IMG/VR virus record: IMGVR_UViG_3300014887_000002
Coordinates: 5,450-69,449 of that record
Strand: one strand, 5' to 3'
Origin: a virus
Length of the DNA stretch: 64,000 nt
Every line of letters starts with the position of its first letter. Within the stretch, counting starts at the first letter, position 1. Positions 48,540-58,180 of this stretch are shown here, piece by piece. The notes beneath the pieces were generated by a model that searched no databases, had not been told where the DNA came from, and saw only the letters and a program-made list of their open reading frames with translations. The position numbers and the translations under genes are program-made.

Positions 48540-49166
48540 TCACGCCTCGTCGTATACGAATGTTGCGGTTCTATCGGGTTTTAGGCCCTGCGTAGCTCCT
48601 GGCCCAACAATGACCTGAGTGACAACCAAATAGGATTTTCCGGTCTCACCAGCCCCGACAACCTGGCCTGACTGTACCATCAAGGCATTTTCAAGCGAAT
48701 TGAAGTTCGTGATGCTCATTTTCTTGCCGGCAGTTGTAGAATAATAGGCGTGCGTTGTCTCTATAGGATCACCGCTCTGGCCGACAGTTCCAGTTGCTTG
48801 ATCATATTGGTCAATAGGACAGCCCTGGGATAGTGTCCTGCAATCCTCGACGGAAGAAGATGATACTCCCACGATAAGATCCCCGCCAGTGCCTAAGGAC
48901 CAATCAGCATTTGGAGAGGTTGTCCAGGTCTGATAGTAGCGAACATTCTTGATATAGGTATCTGGCCCAGATGTGATATCTAGGCAGTGGCTCTTCCAAA
49001 AGCTTCGATTCGTGCCTGATTCCGGAATTGGGATTGGATATGCCGTGCTGTCCTCATCGGGTATGTCGGCCGTGTAGTATCTCGAAGGATGCGATTCATC
49101 TTTTAGGGTATAGGTCGGTGAGCCTTCAGGTCCCGTCACTTCCTTTATGACTACAGTTGCGACCAT
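48540..49166 (-). CDS. virion structural protein
   Basis: GGAG RBS; PIPIP...SFWK...FVYDEA. Confidence 0.6.
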   Translation of the reverse strand: MVATVVIKEVTGPEGSPTYTLKDESHPSRYYTADIPDEDSTAYPIPIPESGTNRSFWKSHCLDITSGPDTYIKNVRYYQTWTTSPNADWSLGTGGDLIVGVSSSSVEDCRTLSQGCPIDQYDQATGTVGQSGDPIETTHAYYSTTAGKKMSITNFNSLENALMVQSGQVVGAGETGKSYLVVTQVIVGPGATQGLKPDRTATFVYDEA

Positions 49167-49196
49167 ATCTCTCCATATTATATGCCTATCTGCACA

Positions 49197-49610
49197 TTAG
49201 ACATCCAAACTCTGAGATTTCTCGAGCCTGAAATAAGACTTCGAGGATTTAGCTCGAAGCATAGCTAGGGCCATTTCACGATAGACGGCATAGGCGTTAT
49301 AAGCCTCTCGCCCATACTTATCTGAGATTTTATAAGAGTAGTCACCTAACTTTTCGGACACTATAACATTGTATTTCTTGGAGACTCTTGGATTTTGGAC
49401 AATTTGGGAGACAACCAAGAGTAACGCTGGAATCTTTGCATCATCCCGCGATGGCATATTTCCATTGAAATACGCATCCGCAATGAATTGCTCTATCGCC
49501 TCGATTTTAGCGAGGAGTTCAGCCTTAGAGACGTCTTCATAAGATAAAGGCGGAGTGAAGAAATTCCTCACTTCATGTTCTTTGACAAGCTTAGGCTCAT
49601 AGTCTGTCAT
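49197..49610 (-). CDS. head-tail connector/adaptor (gp15/gp6-like)
   Basis: SEKLGDYSY motif; position after MCP. Confidence 0.7.
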   Translation of the reverse strand: MTDYEPKLVKEHEVRNFFTPPLSYEDVSKAELLAKIEAIEQFIADAYFNGNMPSRDDAKIPALLLVVSQIVQNPRVSKKYNVIVSEKLGDYSYKISDKYGREAYNAYAVYREMALAMLRAKSSKSYFRLEKSQSLDV

Positions 49611-49611
49611 A

Positions 49612-49896
49612 TCAATCGTCTATATCAGGCCTTGCTTCTCGTAAATCGACATATCTTGGAGCTCTAACAGCTGGATTTGTAATATAATGCTCAGTCGAGA
49701 CAACATACGTCCAGGGATTTGTTTTTCCTCCGCCCTTAGGAAACTGAATTTCAAGGTCGATTAACTCATCCTCAGAGAGCTGGCTTCTATCAACTAGGCC
49801 TATGCGCCTATAATCCTCAGCTGTTTCCCTTATCCACAATTCTTTGCCGTTTCCGGTATGCATATCACTAGCGACTTTATCAAGAGCCAGACACAT
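49612..49896 (-). CDS. hypothetical protein
   Basis: ORF directly after MCP. Confidence 0.5.
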   Translation of the reverse strand: MCLALDKVASDMHTGNGKELWIRETAEDYRRIGLVDRSQLSEDELIDLEIQFPKGGGKTNPWTYVVSTEHYITNPAVRAPRYVDLREARPDIDD

Positions 49897-49933
49897 AAAA
49901 CATAGGAGAGGTGAATTAAATGATTCAATGGGA

Positions 49934-50905
49934 TTACTTGGATAGGATCCTTACACCAGCGTCATCGCGGAGAATGCCGACTCCGAATCTCATCTTAGCT
50001 GTGATCCCGACTAGGTCTCTGATTGGGTCCTCATACTGTGATATCGTGATGTCGTCTCTCATTACTATGACCGCAGTGTTGTTGCTATCAAGGACCAAAG
50101 CATAGTAGTGGTTGTCTCCATCTGTGCCATCCCAGTAGACACCACTGTCATCACTTGGAGTTACGCTCAGGGTGTATGGCTTCAGACCAAGCAGCCTGGG
50201 TATTGTGCCCTCTCTCAATGGGGTCTCAGTTCCAGCGTAGGCAACGTAGACCAAGTTGCTGTCCTGCAGCAAGTAGCCCTCTGCAGTTGGGTGAGTTATA
50301 AGCACGTCTGGTATCCAGTTCTTCTCTTTGACCTTGCTTATTGCCGTCGCGATGTCACTTACTGCGATGTGGGATCCGGCCGGGTCAACATCACTTATGC
50401 CATCTAGTTCCTTCAAGAGCTTCTCGAGGACAACCCTGTTTAGCGTGTTCTCCAATCTGAGCCCAGCCTTCTTTATCTCATGCTCTACGATGTTGAATAG
50501 GCAGTCGTCAATCATCTCCTTTGTGATCAATGGCCTTGTGGCATACTTCTCGACCTCTACGTCAATCTTGCTGTAAGACTCCTCGCCTACTGGTATAGCC
50601 GCACCCTCAGCGACTTTCTCAGCATAAGCACCAGCAGAGCCTGCGATAAATCTAACTGAGTAGCTCTTGGTCTTCTGGATCGGGAATATGTTCCTAACGC
50701 ACTTGACTGGCTCAGCTCCCTCGTAGACCTTCTTGATGACCTCCTCTTGAAGCAGTGTGGTCTCGGTTATGTCCTCCGCTTGGAGCAGCATCTTGACAGC
50801 CCTGTCACCAACGACTTTCTTGAATGATTCTGAATTGAGCATCCTTTTTCTCTCAGCGTTGCCTGCAAATGCGTACTCTAAAAGCTTAACAAACCTGCTT
50901 GCCAT
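49934..50905 (-). CDS. major capsid protein (HK97 fold)
   Basis: VAEGAAIP, KYATRPLITKEMIDD, LITHP, RLLGL, MRFGVGIL. Confidence 0.9.
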   Translation of the reverse strand: MASRFVKLLEYAFAGNAERKRMLNSESFKKVVGDRAVKMLLQAEDITETTLLQEEVIKKVYEGAEPVKCVRNIFPIQKTKSYSVRFIAGSAGAYAEKVAEGAAIPVGEESYSKIDVEVEKYATRPLITKEMIDDCLFNIVEHEIKKAGLRLENTLNRVVLEKLLKELDGISDVDPAGSHIAVSDIATAISKVKEKNWIPDVLITHPTAEGYLLQDSNLVYVAYAGTETPLREGTIPRLLGLKPYTLSVTPSDDSGVYWDGTDGDNHYYALVLDSNNTAVIVMRDDITISQYEDPIRDLVGITAKMRFGVGILRDDAGVRILSK

Positions 50906-50968
50906 ACCATCACATTAAATTTAATTCAACATTAAACATAGATGATGGGTCAACATTAAGAACAGCGA

Positions 50969-51346
50969 TTAGAGCAGTAATACCTTGCCCGTGCCCGGAA
51001 GGCTCGAAGGCGCTTCTAAGAGTATCGCCATGACTCTTCCTGTGCCATTAACGTCCAGCCAGCCGTGGTTGTATTTCAGCAAAGCTCCCGGAGAGTCGGA
51101 GCCAGTCCCAGAGATTCTCGCCTTGACTATGTTGCCGGGTCCCCAGACCATGACCTTCTCGCCATCACTAGCGTCATAAGCCGCAATGCCTATCCCATTA
51201 GCCGAAGAGCTTGCAGGGACGTAGACCTTCATGTCGCCAGCAGGGACTACAGCCTGTCCGGCCTGAATCGAGCCAGACGCAGTGAAGGGCAGCATTGAGC
51301 CTTCCGGCACAATCTCGATAGGCTGGGAGGGACTCGTGAACGCCAT
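50969..51346 (-). CDS. capsid cement/decoration protein (DUF2190-like)
   Basis: FTASGSIQAGQAV...GIAAYDA..GEKV.V...G; directly before MCP. Confidence 0.7.
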   Translation of the reverse strand: MAFTSPSQPIEIVPEGSMLPFTASGSIQAGQAVVPAGDMKVYVPASSSANGIGIAAYDASDGEKVMVWGPGNIVKARISGTGSDSPGALLKYNHGWLDVNGTGRVMAILLEAPSSLPGTGKVLLL

Positions 51347-51421
51347 ATCCTTCAGTCGTATATTAGAAATTTGGAGACAAACATATGCCAGTTAGTAGAC
51401 AGAACAGCATACAGCAATTCA

Positions 51422-53047
51422 TCACTCACTTGCTAGTGTAATCTCGTCACCTTTGATGACGACTGGGCTTTCTTCCTTCGACTCCTCTTCGCCTTCTGAG
51501 ATAACAGTCTCCGGCTCTTTAGGCTCTTCCTTTTTCTCCTCGTCCTCAGCCTTCTTTGTTATCTTCTCCTCAAGCGCCTTCAAGGCATCATCTTTAGCCT
51601 TGTTAGCCAGCTTTATCTCCTGTAGTTCCTCGTATATTGTGTCGATAGCATTGGCGATGACCTCATGCCACTCAGCCTTCTCCGGATAGGGATATTTGCT
51701 TGGGTATGGGTATTTGCTGGGATATGGATAGGTGCTCGGGAACGGATACGGGTATGGATAGCCCCCTCTCCTCAGATTCTCGAGCATTGTGAGGACAGTG
51801 TCAAGCTTTTCTTGGACTTTCTTTGGGACTTCCTCATAGATCTCCTTCAGGACCGCAGCAATAGCTCCGACCAGACCACCCTTCTCTTCAGTTTCTGCTT
51901 TCTCTTCAGTCTCTTCTGCCTCCTCTTCAGATTCCTCACTCTCGCCTTCCTCTTCCTTCTTTGTGATCTCAGAAAGGACCTTCTCAAGAGCCTCTAGTCT
52001 TCTCTCGAGAGCCTCAAGCTTCATCTTTAGCTCATCCTCTGACTTTTCCTCCGTTGTCTCTTCCACAGCCTCAGTCTCTTCTGTGAGCTTTTCCTCCTCC
52101 ACCATATTATCTGACCCATCTTTCTCACATTCGCTACATTTCGATAATATTATGAAGCCTGACTTCTCATTAACGGGATTATGGCAGACAGAGACCTCGA
52201 AGATGTTGATTTTGTCGATGACATTCCAGCATTTAGTCTCATCGCATTCTTGATGGGACCGAATAATTTCGCCAGCGATACTAAAGCCGTTATATTCGCC
52301 ATTAAGGATCTTCTCCCAAACTCGATTGGCGATTTCTAGATCGTCTCTGATTTCGGCGACTATAAAGAGCCCTTTGTCGTCAACATGCGTCTTGATACCG
52401 TTGTATTCGGGGATTATCTTGCCTATCTGGATGTTGTTGTGCGTAAGCATTATATTTGCATAAGCGGGATCAGATAGAAGCGTCTTGATGCCCTCTTTAA
52501 GAACTGAGACTGGAATGATATCGCCAGATTTGTCGATCTCGGCTACAGAAGCATATCCAGCGATAATGCGCTTTGAGGATTTCTCCAGTATCTTGAAGGA
52601 GCCAAAGAGATGGACGTCCTCACGTTCACCCATCTGGATAACCTGAGGATTCTCTATCGGAATCATCGTCTCCTCATAGATGGGAACAAATGGCGTGAAA
52701 GGCCCGGTATTTGTGTAATGAATGTGAACATACTTAGCCACATCATCATACGGAACATTGAGGATGTCTGCAAACATCCGATATATTCGAAAGTCAAATG
52801 CCATCTTTTGCTGAGGAGACCAGTCCTCGCCTCTGACGACTATATCAATATCATTGTCGCTTTCACCATGAGTGGCAAGTGAGCCGACAATATATGCGAC
52901 TGGCTTTCTTACGGAGAAAGGCTTAAGCTTTGGAAGGATTTCGCTGAGTTTGAGTTTCTTCTCGCCCTTACCACGGCCAGATGGCGGGATAGGCGCATAT
53001 TCCAGCTCAGCTTTCTTTGTCAGCTCAATTAACTCCTCAAGCTTCAT
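51422..53047 (-). CDS. nucleotidyltransferase + HK97-type prohead protease + scaffold fusion
   Basis: VGSLATHGESDNDIDIVV (Pol-beta-type GS/DxD); IAGYAS..ID..GD, H, GFSIAG, EVSV..P.N protease; acidic coiled coil. Confidence 0.85.
   Translation of the reverse strand: MKLEELIELTKKAELEYAPIPPSGRGKGEKKLKLSEILPKLKPFSVRKPVAYIVGSLATHGESDNDIDIVVRGEDWSPQQKMAFDFRIYRMFADILNVPYDDVAKYVHIHYTNTGPFTPFVPIYEETMIPIENPQVIQMGEREDVHLFGSFKILEKSSKRIIAGYASVAEIDKSGDIIPVSVLKEGIKTLLSDPAYANIMLTHNNIQIGKIIPEYNGIKTHVDDKGLFIVAEIRDDLEIANRVWEKILNGEYNGFSIAGEIIRSHQECDETKCWNVIDKINIFEVSVCHNPVNEKSGFIILSKCSECEKDGSDNMVEEEKLTEETEAVEETTEEKSEDELKMKLEALERRLEALEKVLSEITKKEEEGESEESEEEAEETEEKAETEEKGGLVGAIAAVLKEIYEEVPKKVQEKLDTVLTMLENLRRGGYPYPYPFPSTYPYPSKYPYPSKYPYPEKAEWHEVIANAIDTIYEELQEIKLANKAKDDALKALEEKITKKAEDEEKKEEPKEPETVISEGEEESKEESPVVIKGDEITLASE
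51685..51765 (-). repeat. coding tandem repeat YPYP/YPYPSK in the scaffold region
   Basis: GYPYPYPFPSTYPYPSKYPYPSKYPYPEK. Confidence 0.8.
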
Positions 53048-53307
53048 ACCAGTATGGAATAGAATAAACCACCTAACATAGCCGACAGCATAATCCCAAG
53101 AACAAGATAGATTATCTTCAATCTCCCTTCCAAATCGCTAACACGGCTCTCAAGCGACCTAAGCCTCTCCCAAACATTCTTGAAATTCTCCCGCCTACTC
53201 CGTCGGCTCTCATCAATCATTGACTTCAAATCATCATCAGATTTGTTAAGATGCTCAAGTGTAGCGATGATTCTACCTAACAACTCGCCAAGGCGCTCCT
53301 CATCCAT
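53044..53307 (-). CDS. coiled-coil protein with C-terminal TM helix
   Basis: Heptad helix followed by hydrophobic C-terminus. Confidence 0.6.
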   Translation of the reverse strand: MDEERLGELLGRIIATLEHLNKSDDDLKSMIDESRRSRRENFKNVWERLRSLESRVSDLEGRLKIIYLVLGIMLSAMLGGLFYSILV

Positions 53308-53361
53308 ATCGCCTAGCGGAATATCGTCCTGTATAGGACCTTCAATTCTTCAATGAGCTTC

Positions 53362-54510
53362 TCAACACCGTTCATAGTCGGCCTCTGATTTGGCCGAAGG
53401 ACATCCCAACTTCTTTCGGAAGGCGGTCTGGGATTCTTCCCTATAGGCCTCCCGACCAAATTTCTCCAATTCCTCAGCCGGAATGGGCCAATAGTGCCCA
53501 ATGTCACAATGCATGATCGAGTCCATAGGATAAGGATCATCGTATGCTTTCCAGACCCACCAACGCTTCGCACTGCCTGCCTTAAAGCATCTGATAATGA
53601 ATCGTCCGTTGAAGAGCTCTTTGTTCCGTTCAGGAAGGTCTGGATTTGGATACAGGAAGTATTCATGGAGGTCTGGCCTTTGGACGCCGGCTTTTGCTTT
53701 TCCTAGCCAGATAGCGCACATATAGGCGTCCTTATATGGGGTCGCGCCAACGTCACCCGCAGGAATGATATAGGATTTATCGAAGAGGACATACTTTTCG
53801 ATGAGTTTTGCATCATCAGGCCCGATTATAAGCTCTTTGGGCTCGGCCTTAACTGTTTTCTCGGGTTCTTCGGCTGAAGGCTTGACTATCGCCAGTCCTT
53901 TTGATGCATTCCCAGTTTTCGGATCTCTTCTGCCTATTATTGTGTCAAAATAATCGGGAATATGATCCTGAGTTATGACCCATTGGACAAAAGCATTCTT
54001 GAATTTGATGCGTAGATCGACATGAATGCTATGACCTTCAATCAGCTTTCGGAATGAGAGTTTGCCTTGTTGGTATTTCTTCGTGTCGTCGGGATCCAAG
54101 CCGCGTATATGCATCTGGGCCCAGGCAATGCCCTCGTCATAGTTGACATATAAGATCTTCGGAAGAGGCTCCAACTCTTTAGCAATCTGCTCGTATACGT
54201 CCTCGGGTATGCGCTTCTCCTCGACCCACTGGCAAACATCAGACTTAGTAATAGCCTTCGACAGAACCTCCAGCCTAGCCACCAAGGGCAGCCTATCAAA
54301 ATATTCGGACGCCAATATGTTCGTGGCATCATATTTGTCAATCCCAGCATATCCATCTAGGGACTGCTCGACAAATATTTCGCCATCATCTCGCTCTAGG
54401 ATATAGAGTTTATCGGCGGATTCACTATCCTTCTCTATGTATCTGTCGAGGAGATTCATTATTTCGTTTCTCAAGGACTTCAGGCTTCTGGCCATACCTT
54501 TCTGAGGCAA
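53362..54510 (-). CDS. LigD-type 3'-phosphoesterase-like domain protein
   Basis: QMHIRG...HSIHVDLRI...LHEYFL...FNGRFIIR...W resemble the LigD PE domain (H...HxDLR). Confidence 0.6.
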   Translation of the reverse strand: MPQKGMARSLKSLRNEIMNLLDRYIEKDSESADKLYILERDDGEIFVEQSLDGYAGIDKYDATNILASEYFDRLPLVARLEVLSKAITKSDVCQWVEEKRIPEDVYEQIAKELEPLPKILYVNYDEGIAWAQMHIRGLDPDDTKKYQQGKLSFRKLIEGHSIHVDLRIKFKNAFVQWVITQDHIPDYFDTIIGRRDPKTGNASKGLAIVKPSAEEPEKTVKAEPKELIIGPDDAKLIEKYVLFDKSYIIPAGDVGATPYKDAYMCAIWLGKAKAGVQRPDLHEYFLYPNPDLPERNKELFNGRFIIRCFKAGSAKRWWVWKAYDDPYPMDSIMHCDIGHYWPIPAEELEKFGREAYREESQTAFRKKLGCPSAKSEADYERC

Positions 54511-57212
54511 TAATAATGCCCATCTTTCGAGAACATAACCCGTTTAAGCTCTTCGGGATGCTCTTTCCAATGTCTTAGAACATCAATTGGTATTCGCATT
54601 GGCTCAAAGGAAGCCAGCTTATCGATGGTCTGGATCGAATCGCTGACATTCTTCTCAGGCACAGGCTCCAATACTCTGCCGATGTAGAAGGAATAACGCG
54701 GATAATCTGGATATTTTGGATTGTCGAATTTGAGGACCTCCTCGGCTGCTATTCGAATAATATCTCCGACCTTAATAGGCTGCTCCTCTTTGTGGTTATC
54801 GCTCTTGCCCATCAAAGTCACGAATATAGCGTTCTTATCATCGAGATATTCCTTTGCATCCTTCCCTGAGGCAACAACTTTGCCATCTTTGATAACATGG
54901 ACTTTCCCGTACCAGTCCTTCGTTGTCATCGAGAGATAGGCCTCTGCATAATCTTTTGGTGTATCATAGCCGAGATAGTAATTGTAGACGTCTTTTGTGC
55001 GCTTAACTAGCTTCTTTGATATAACTCGCAAGTCAAGCTCATGATAGAACTTTACCTTCATCCAACCTTTATTCTGAGGAACTTGATAGGGATGATCAAG
55101 TCTCTTAAGCATCACACCTTCTGCACAGAATTTTGGCCTGCCATTCTTTGCATGTTGGATAATATCTGCTGCCTTGAGAATGCATTTAATATCGGAGCCA
55201 TCACAGATATAGCCATCAGCAGGCTTTGAGAATGTCGTAGATACTCGCTCTATCCAAATGTGCTTGGTTGGCTTAAGCTGCGATAGATATTCTAGCCTTT
55301 CATGTAGGGGCTGATCCCTGACATCCACGCCCTTGAAGAATATGACGTCAAAGACTACGATGATGGCGAATTGCTCAAGCTCCTCTCCGGAGACATTAGA
55401 GTTGAGTAGAGAATTGGCAACAGTCCTATGAAGCATCTCTTTCCCATTAGGATGCAAAGCAAGGAATTCTCCATCGAGGACAGTGTTATCCGGGAAGGCT
55501 TCTTCCATTTCCTGGATGATTGCTGGGATTCGCTTTGAGACATCAGGGCTCTTCTCCTTAAGATCTTCGGGATCAACCCAAGCAAAGCCCTTGCCATTGA
55601 CTTTGCCTATGCACATCCGGAGGCCATCCCATTTACAGTCAACGAGTAGCTTAGCCTTATCCCAGCCAATAGCCCTAAGCTCCTCTTCGAGCTCCTGGAA
55701 GTAGCCTCTATAATAAGGCTTGGCCTTTGAGTAATATCCAGGCTTTGGCTTTACAGCCTTCTCTAGGAGCTCTTCTCGCTTCCTGTCCCACTCTTTTGCT
55801 TCTTCAAGCGTTTCGGGAGGCTTTGTCTTCATGTATTTCTCTGCCTCTTTATAGCATTGCCAGAAAGATGACTTAGCAGCCTCTTCGGGATCTTTGCCAT
55901 AGTATTCCTCGTAAAGCTTGGCATATTTGCCGAAAGGAGGAATCCAGGGAATGTAGATCCCTCGGAGTGTATCGACAATCTTAGCGAAATACTGATAGAC
56001 ATCCTTCAGGGTCCAGTCACCCCATTTCTTGCCAGCCTTAAGACGTGGATAGGCACTGTTTCCAAGATAGCGTAGGTCAGCTATAAGCTCCTTATAGCGT
56101 TCTTTTGGATGGGCTAAGTCATAATCTATGCCCTCGGATCTAAATTGGTCAAGGTGCAGTTTCTCAGTGACGAAATATTGCTCGATGTCTTTAACGAATG
56201 TTTGGATGCCCAACGGCAGCTTAACTCTAATGGGCTTAGAATAGGCCTTGAATTCTTTAATAGGATAGGCATAGAGTGGGAAGGACCAATGCCAAGCCTC
56301 AACTTCCCGTGGTGTTATGAGATGCTTAGGTGCGAGTTGGAGAAATTCCATCCAACTTCTGATGACAGAAGGTTTATCGAGGACTATCTCACCGTAAGCA
56401 TAATCGTGATCGCAGAGGATAAAGCGCTTGCCAGCGATGTCATATTTCCGGCTCTTAATGATCAATGTCTTTTCACCCGAAGCAATTAACTGGGCGTGTG
56501 GCTTAACTAAATACAGCCCGTCAGCCTTCTCAGCTAAGGCTTTAAAGACGATTTCGGCTTCCTGGCCATCCTTCAGAATTTCACCATTCCAGGGCTTAAG
56601 CTCCTCTAGGATCTGCGATTTGTGCTTCATGAGAGACGTTCTATAATTTGTGATATAGATTTTCTTCGGATTCAACTCCTTAGCTAGCTCAACTAATTCT
56701 TTGAATGTGGCCTTGTGATCATTGGATTTCGGCTTCTCATACTCACCGACACCAATAACCCAGATTGCATTCTTCATCAGGAGCTTCTCTCGCTTTCCAA
56801 GGCGGATAAATTCAGGGACTACCACAAGAGCCTTGCCGCCAGTTCCGAACTTAAAGGCGACAGCGGGCTTCCCAACCATCTCTGGGATTGAGATCAGCTT
56901 GATGGATTTGCCGTTGAAGGGAATTGGCTGCTCGGTTTTCTTCCATTTGGCATTCGGGAAGATGCTCTTCATGATCTCAATGACGGCCCTCGTTGAATAG
57001 ATTGGCGTATCTGGATATTTCTTGAGATAGTGCTCAAGATACCGCCAATGATCTGGGTCGGGTGAAGAAAGCAATATTAAATCAACCGGCTCTGTATATT
57101 TCACAGCTGGATCTATCCAGGCCCTCTTCCCTCGATGCTCCACAATAAGCGAGAAATGATTCTTGCCTTTTAAACCCCAAGATGCCCAAGAGCCTAGGCT
57201 AATTATCTTCAT
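54480..57212 (-). CDS. multidomain protein: MBL-fold + ASCH-like + unknown helical domain + ATP-dependent DNA ligase
   Basis: SSPDPDH (degenerate HxHxDH); GLYLVKPHAQLIASGEKT ASCH-like; ligase KWDGLR, LDGEF, VFDV, EGVMLK, WMKVK. Confidence 0.85.
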   Translation of the reverse strand: MKIISLGSWASWGLKGKNHFSLIVEHRGKRAWIDPAVKYTEPVDLILLSSPDPDHWRYLEHYLKKYPDTPIYSTRAVIEIMKSIFPNAKWKKTEQPIPFNGKSIKLISIPEMVGKPAVAFKFGTGGKALVVVPEFIRLGKREKLLMKNAIWVIGVGEYEKPKSNDHKATFKELVELAKELNPKKIYITNYRTSLMKHKSQILEELKPWNGEILKDGQEAEIVFKALAEKADGLYLVKPHAQLIASGEKTLIIKSRKYDIAGKRFILCDHDYAYGEIVLDKPSVIRSWMEFLQLAPKHLITPREVEAWHWSFPLYAYPIKEFKAYSKPIRVKLPLGIQTFVKDIEQYFVTEKLHLDQFRSEGIDYDLAHPKERYKELIADLRYLGNSAYPRLKAGKKWGDWTLKDVYQYFAKIVDTLRGIYIPWIPPFGKYAKLYEEYYGKDPEEAAKSSFWQCYKEAEKYMKTKPPETLEEAKEWDRKREELLEKAVKPKPGYYSKAKPYYRGYFQELEEELRAIGWDKAKLLVDCKWDGLRMCIGKVNGKGFAWVDPEDLKEKSPDVSKRIPAIIQEMEEAFPDNTVLDGEFLALHPNGKEMLHRTVANSLLNSNVSGEELEQFAIIVVFDVIFFKGVDVRDQPLHERLEYLSQLKPTKHIWIERVSTTFSKPADGYICDGSDIKCILKAADIIQHAKNGRPKFCAEGVMLKRLDHPYQVPQNKGWMKVKFYHELDLRVISKKLVKRTKDVYNYYLGYDTPKDYAEAYLSMTTKDWYGKVHVIKDGKVVASGKDAKEYLDDKNAIFVTLMGKSDNHKEEQPIKVGDIIRIAAEEVLKFDNPKYPDYPRYSFYIGRVLEPVPEKNVSDSIQTIDKLASFEPMRIPIDVLRHWKEHPEELKRVMFSKDGHYYCLRKVWPEA

Positions 57213-57580
57213 TTCTTCTTCACCCTCAAATCCGGAAGTTTGGAAGGCTCAGTAGTCCAATGTTGAATGTAGGCATGGAAGTGATCTGGCTCAATCGTTC
57301 TGTCGATTTTTAGATAGATGCCCTGCCCGAATAACCGTCTTGCATGATAGAGCATATAGCCCCATCGGGTCTTATCGACATCTGGGATGTGTTCAGATGA
57401 GACCACCACTGGCCTTCCTCGAATAGGACAGTCAATGATTATTAGCATTCGCTCGCCTATACGGTCAGGCTCGGGATAATAAAGCTTTCGAGGCGATATC
57501 TTTGATTTTATGATCTCGCAGTATACGCAACCGTCAACGAGGAATGGGCGGTTATAGATATCTGACTGTTCTTCCCTCAC
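57209..57580 (-). CDS. HIT-like zinc-binding protein
   Basis: GCVYCEII N-terminus, EHIP, PDHFHAYI (partial HxHxH). Confidence 0.55.
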   Translation of the reverse strand: MREEQSDIYNRPFLVDGCVYCEIIKSKISPRKLYYPEPDRIGERMLIIIDCPIRGRPVVVSSEHIPDVDKTRWGYMLYHARRLFGQGIYLKIDRTIEPDHFHAYIQHWTTEPSKLPDLRVKKK

Positions 57581-57695
57581 TTTTGATCACCAGATGATTC
57601 TTGAGCTCTAGACTTGCATTCCAACGACATTCATGACATTTCTTGCCGTAATTGAGGCAGATATCTTTGAAAGGGCAGATGATGTCCTCGGTCAT
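57552..57695 (-). CDS. small Cys-rich protein (47 aa, not in ORF track)
   Basis: GGAGG RBS; CPFKDIC...KCHECRWN; start overlaps upstream stop. Confidence 0.5.
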   Translation of the reverse strand: MTEDIICPFKDICLNYGKKCHECRWNASLELKNHLVIKSEGRTVRYL

Positions 57696-58180
57696 TTGAT
57701 TCGAGCCTCCTTGCAGGCGGGGTTAGTTACAACGGCACAACCGAAGAACTCGATGTCGTCTACAACTATGCATTTTTGCAGATAGTCGTAATGATCTGTC
57801 GTGATAATTTCACAGGAGAGGGAGTTGACTAAGCCGTTATCGATGAGGGCAATAGTGTCTCTAGCTACAGAAGTATAGGGAAATATGTACAGATCAGCTT
57901 TGACAGCGTTATCCTCAAAGCGGGGATTTCGAACATAGCCAATACGATGGATGACGGAAGTTGAATGATCGATATTGAGATAGTTCGTAGACCAGTTCGT
58001 AGCATACTTCCGTAAGACTTCCGGCGAATAGTAAACATAATCCCTGGTGGCGGAATCAGCGTATTTCCCAGGCGTCAGAATTATAGCGCCTCTATATATT
58101 TTGGCGTTAGTAGCCTTTGAGACTTCTTTCGCATCATAAGTGAATTCGACATCGACAAAGCGCTTAGTCATCTTCATCAT
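57692..58180 (-). CDS. second prohead-protease-like protein (Mu gpI/DUF2213-like)
   Basis: LTPG, NIDH...IGYV, SLSCE, AVVTNPAC. Confidence 0.7.
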   Translation of the reverse strand: MMKMTKRFVDVEFTYDAKEVSKATNAKIYRGAIILTPGKYADSATRDYVYYSPEVLRKYATNWSTNYLNIDHSTSVIHRIGYVRNPRFEDNAVKADLYIFPYTSVARDTIALIDNGLVNSLSCEIITTDHYDYLQKCIVVDDIEFFGCAVVTNPACKEARIK

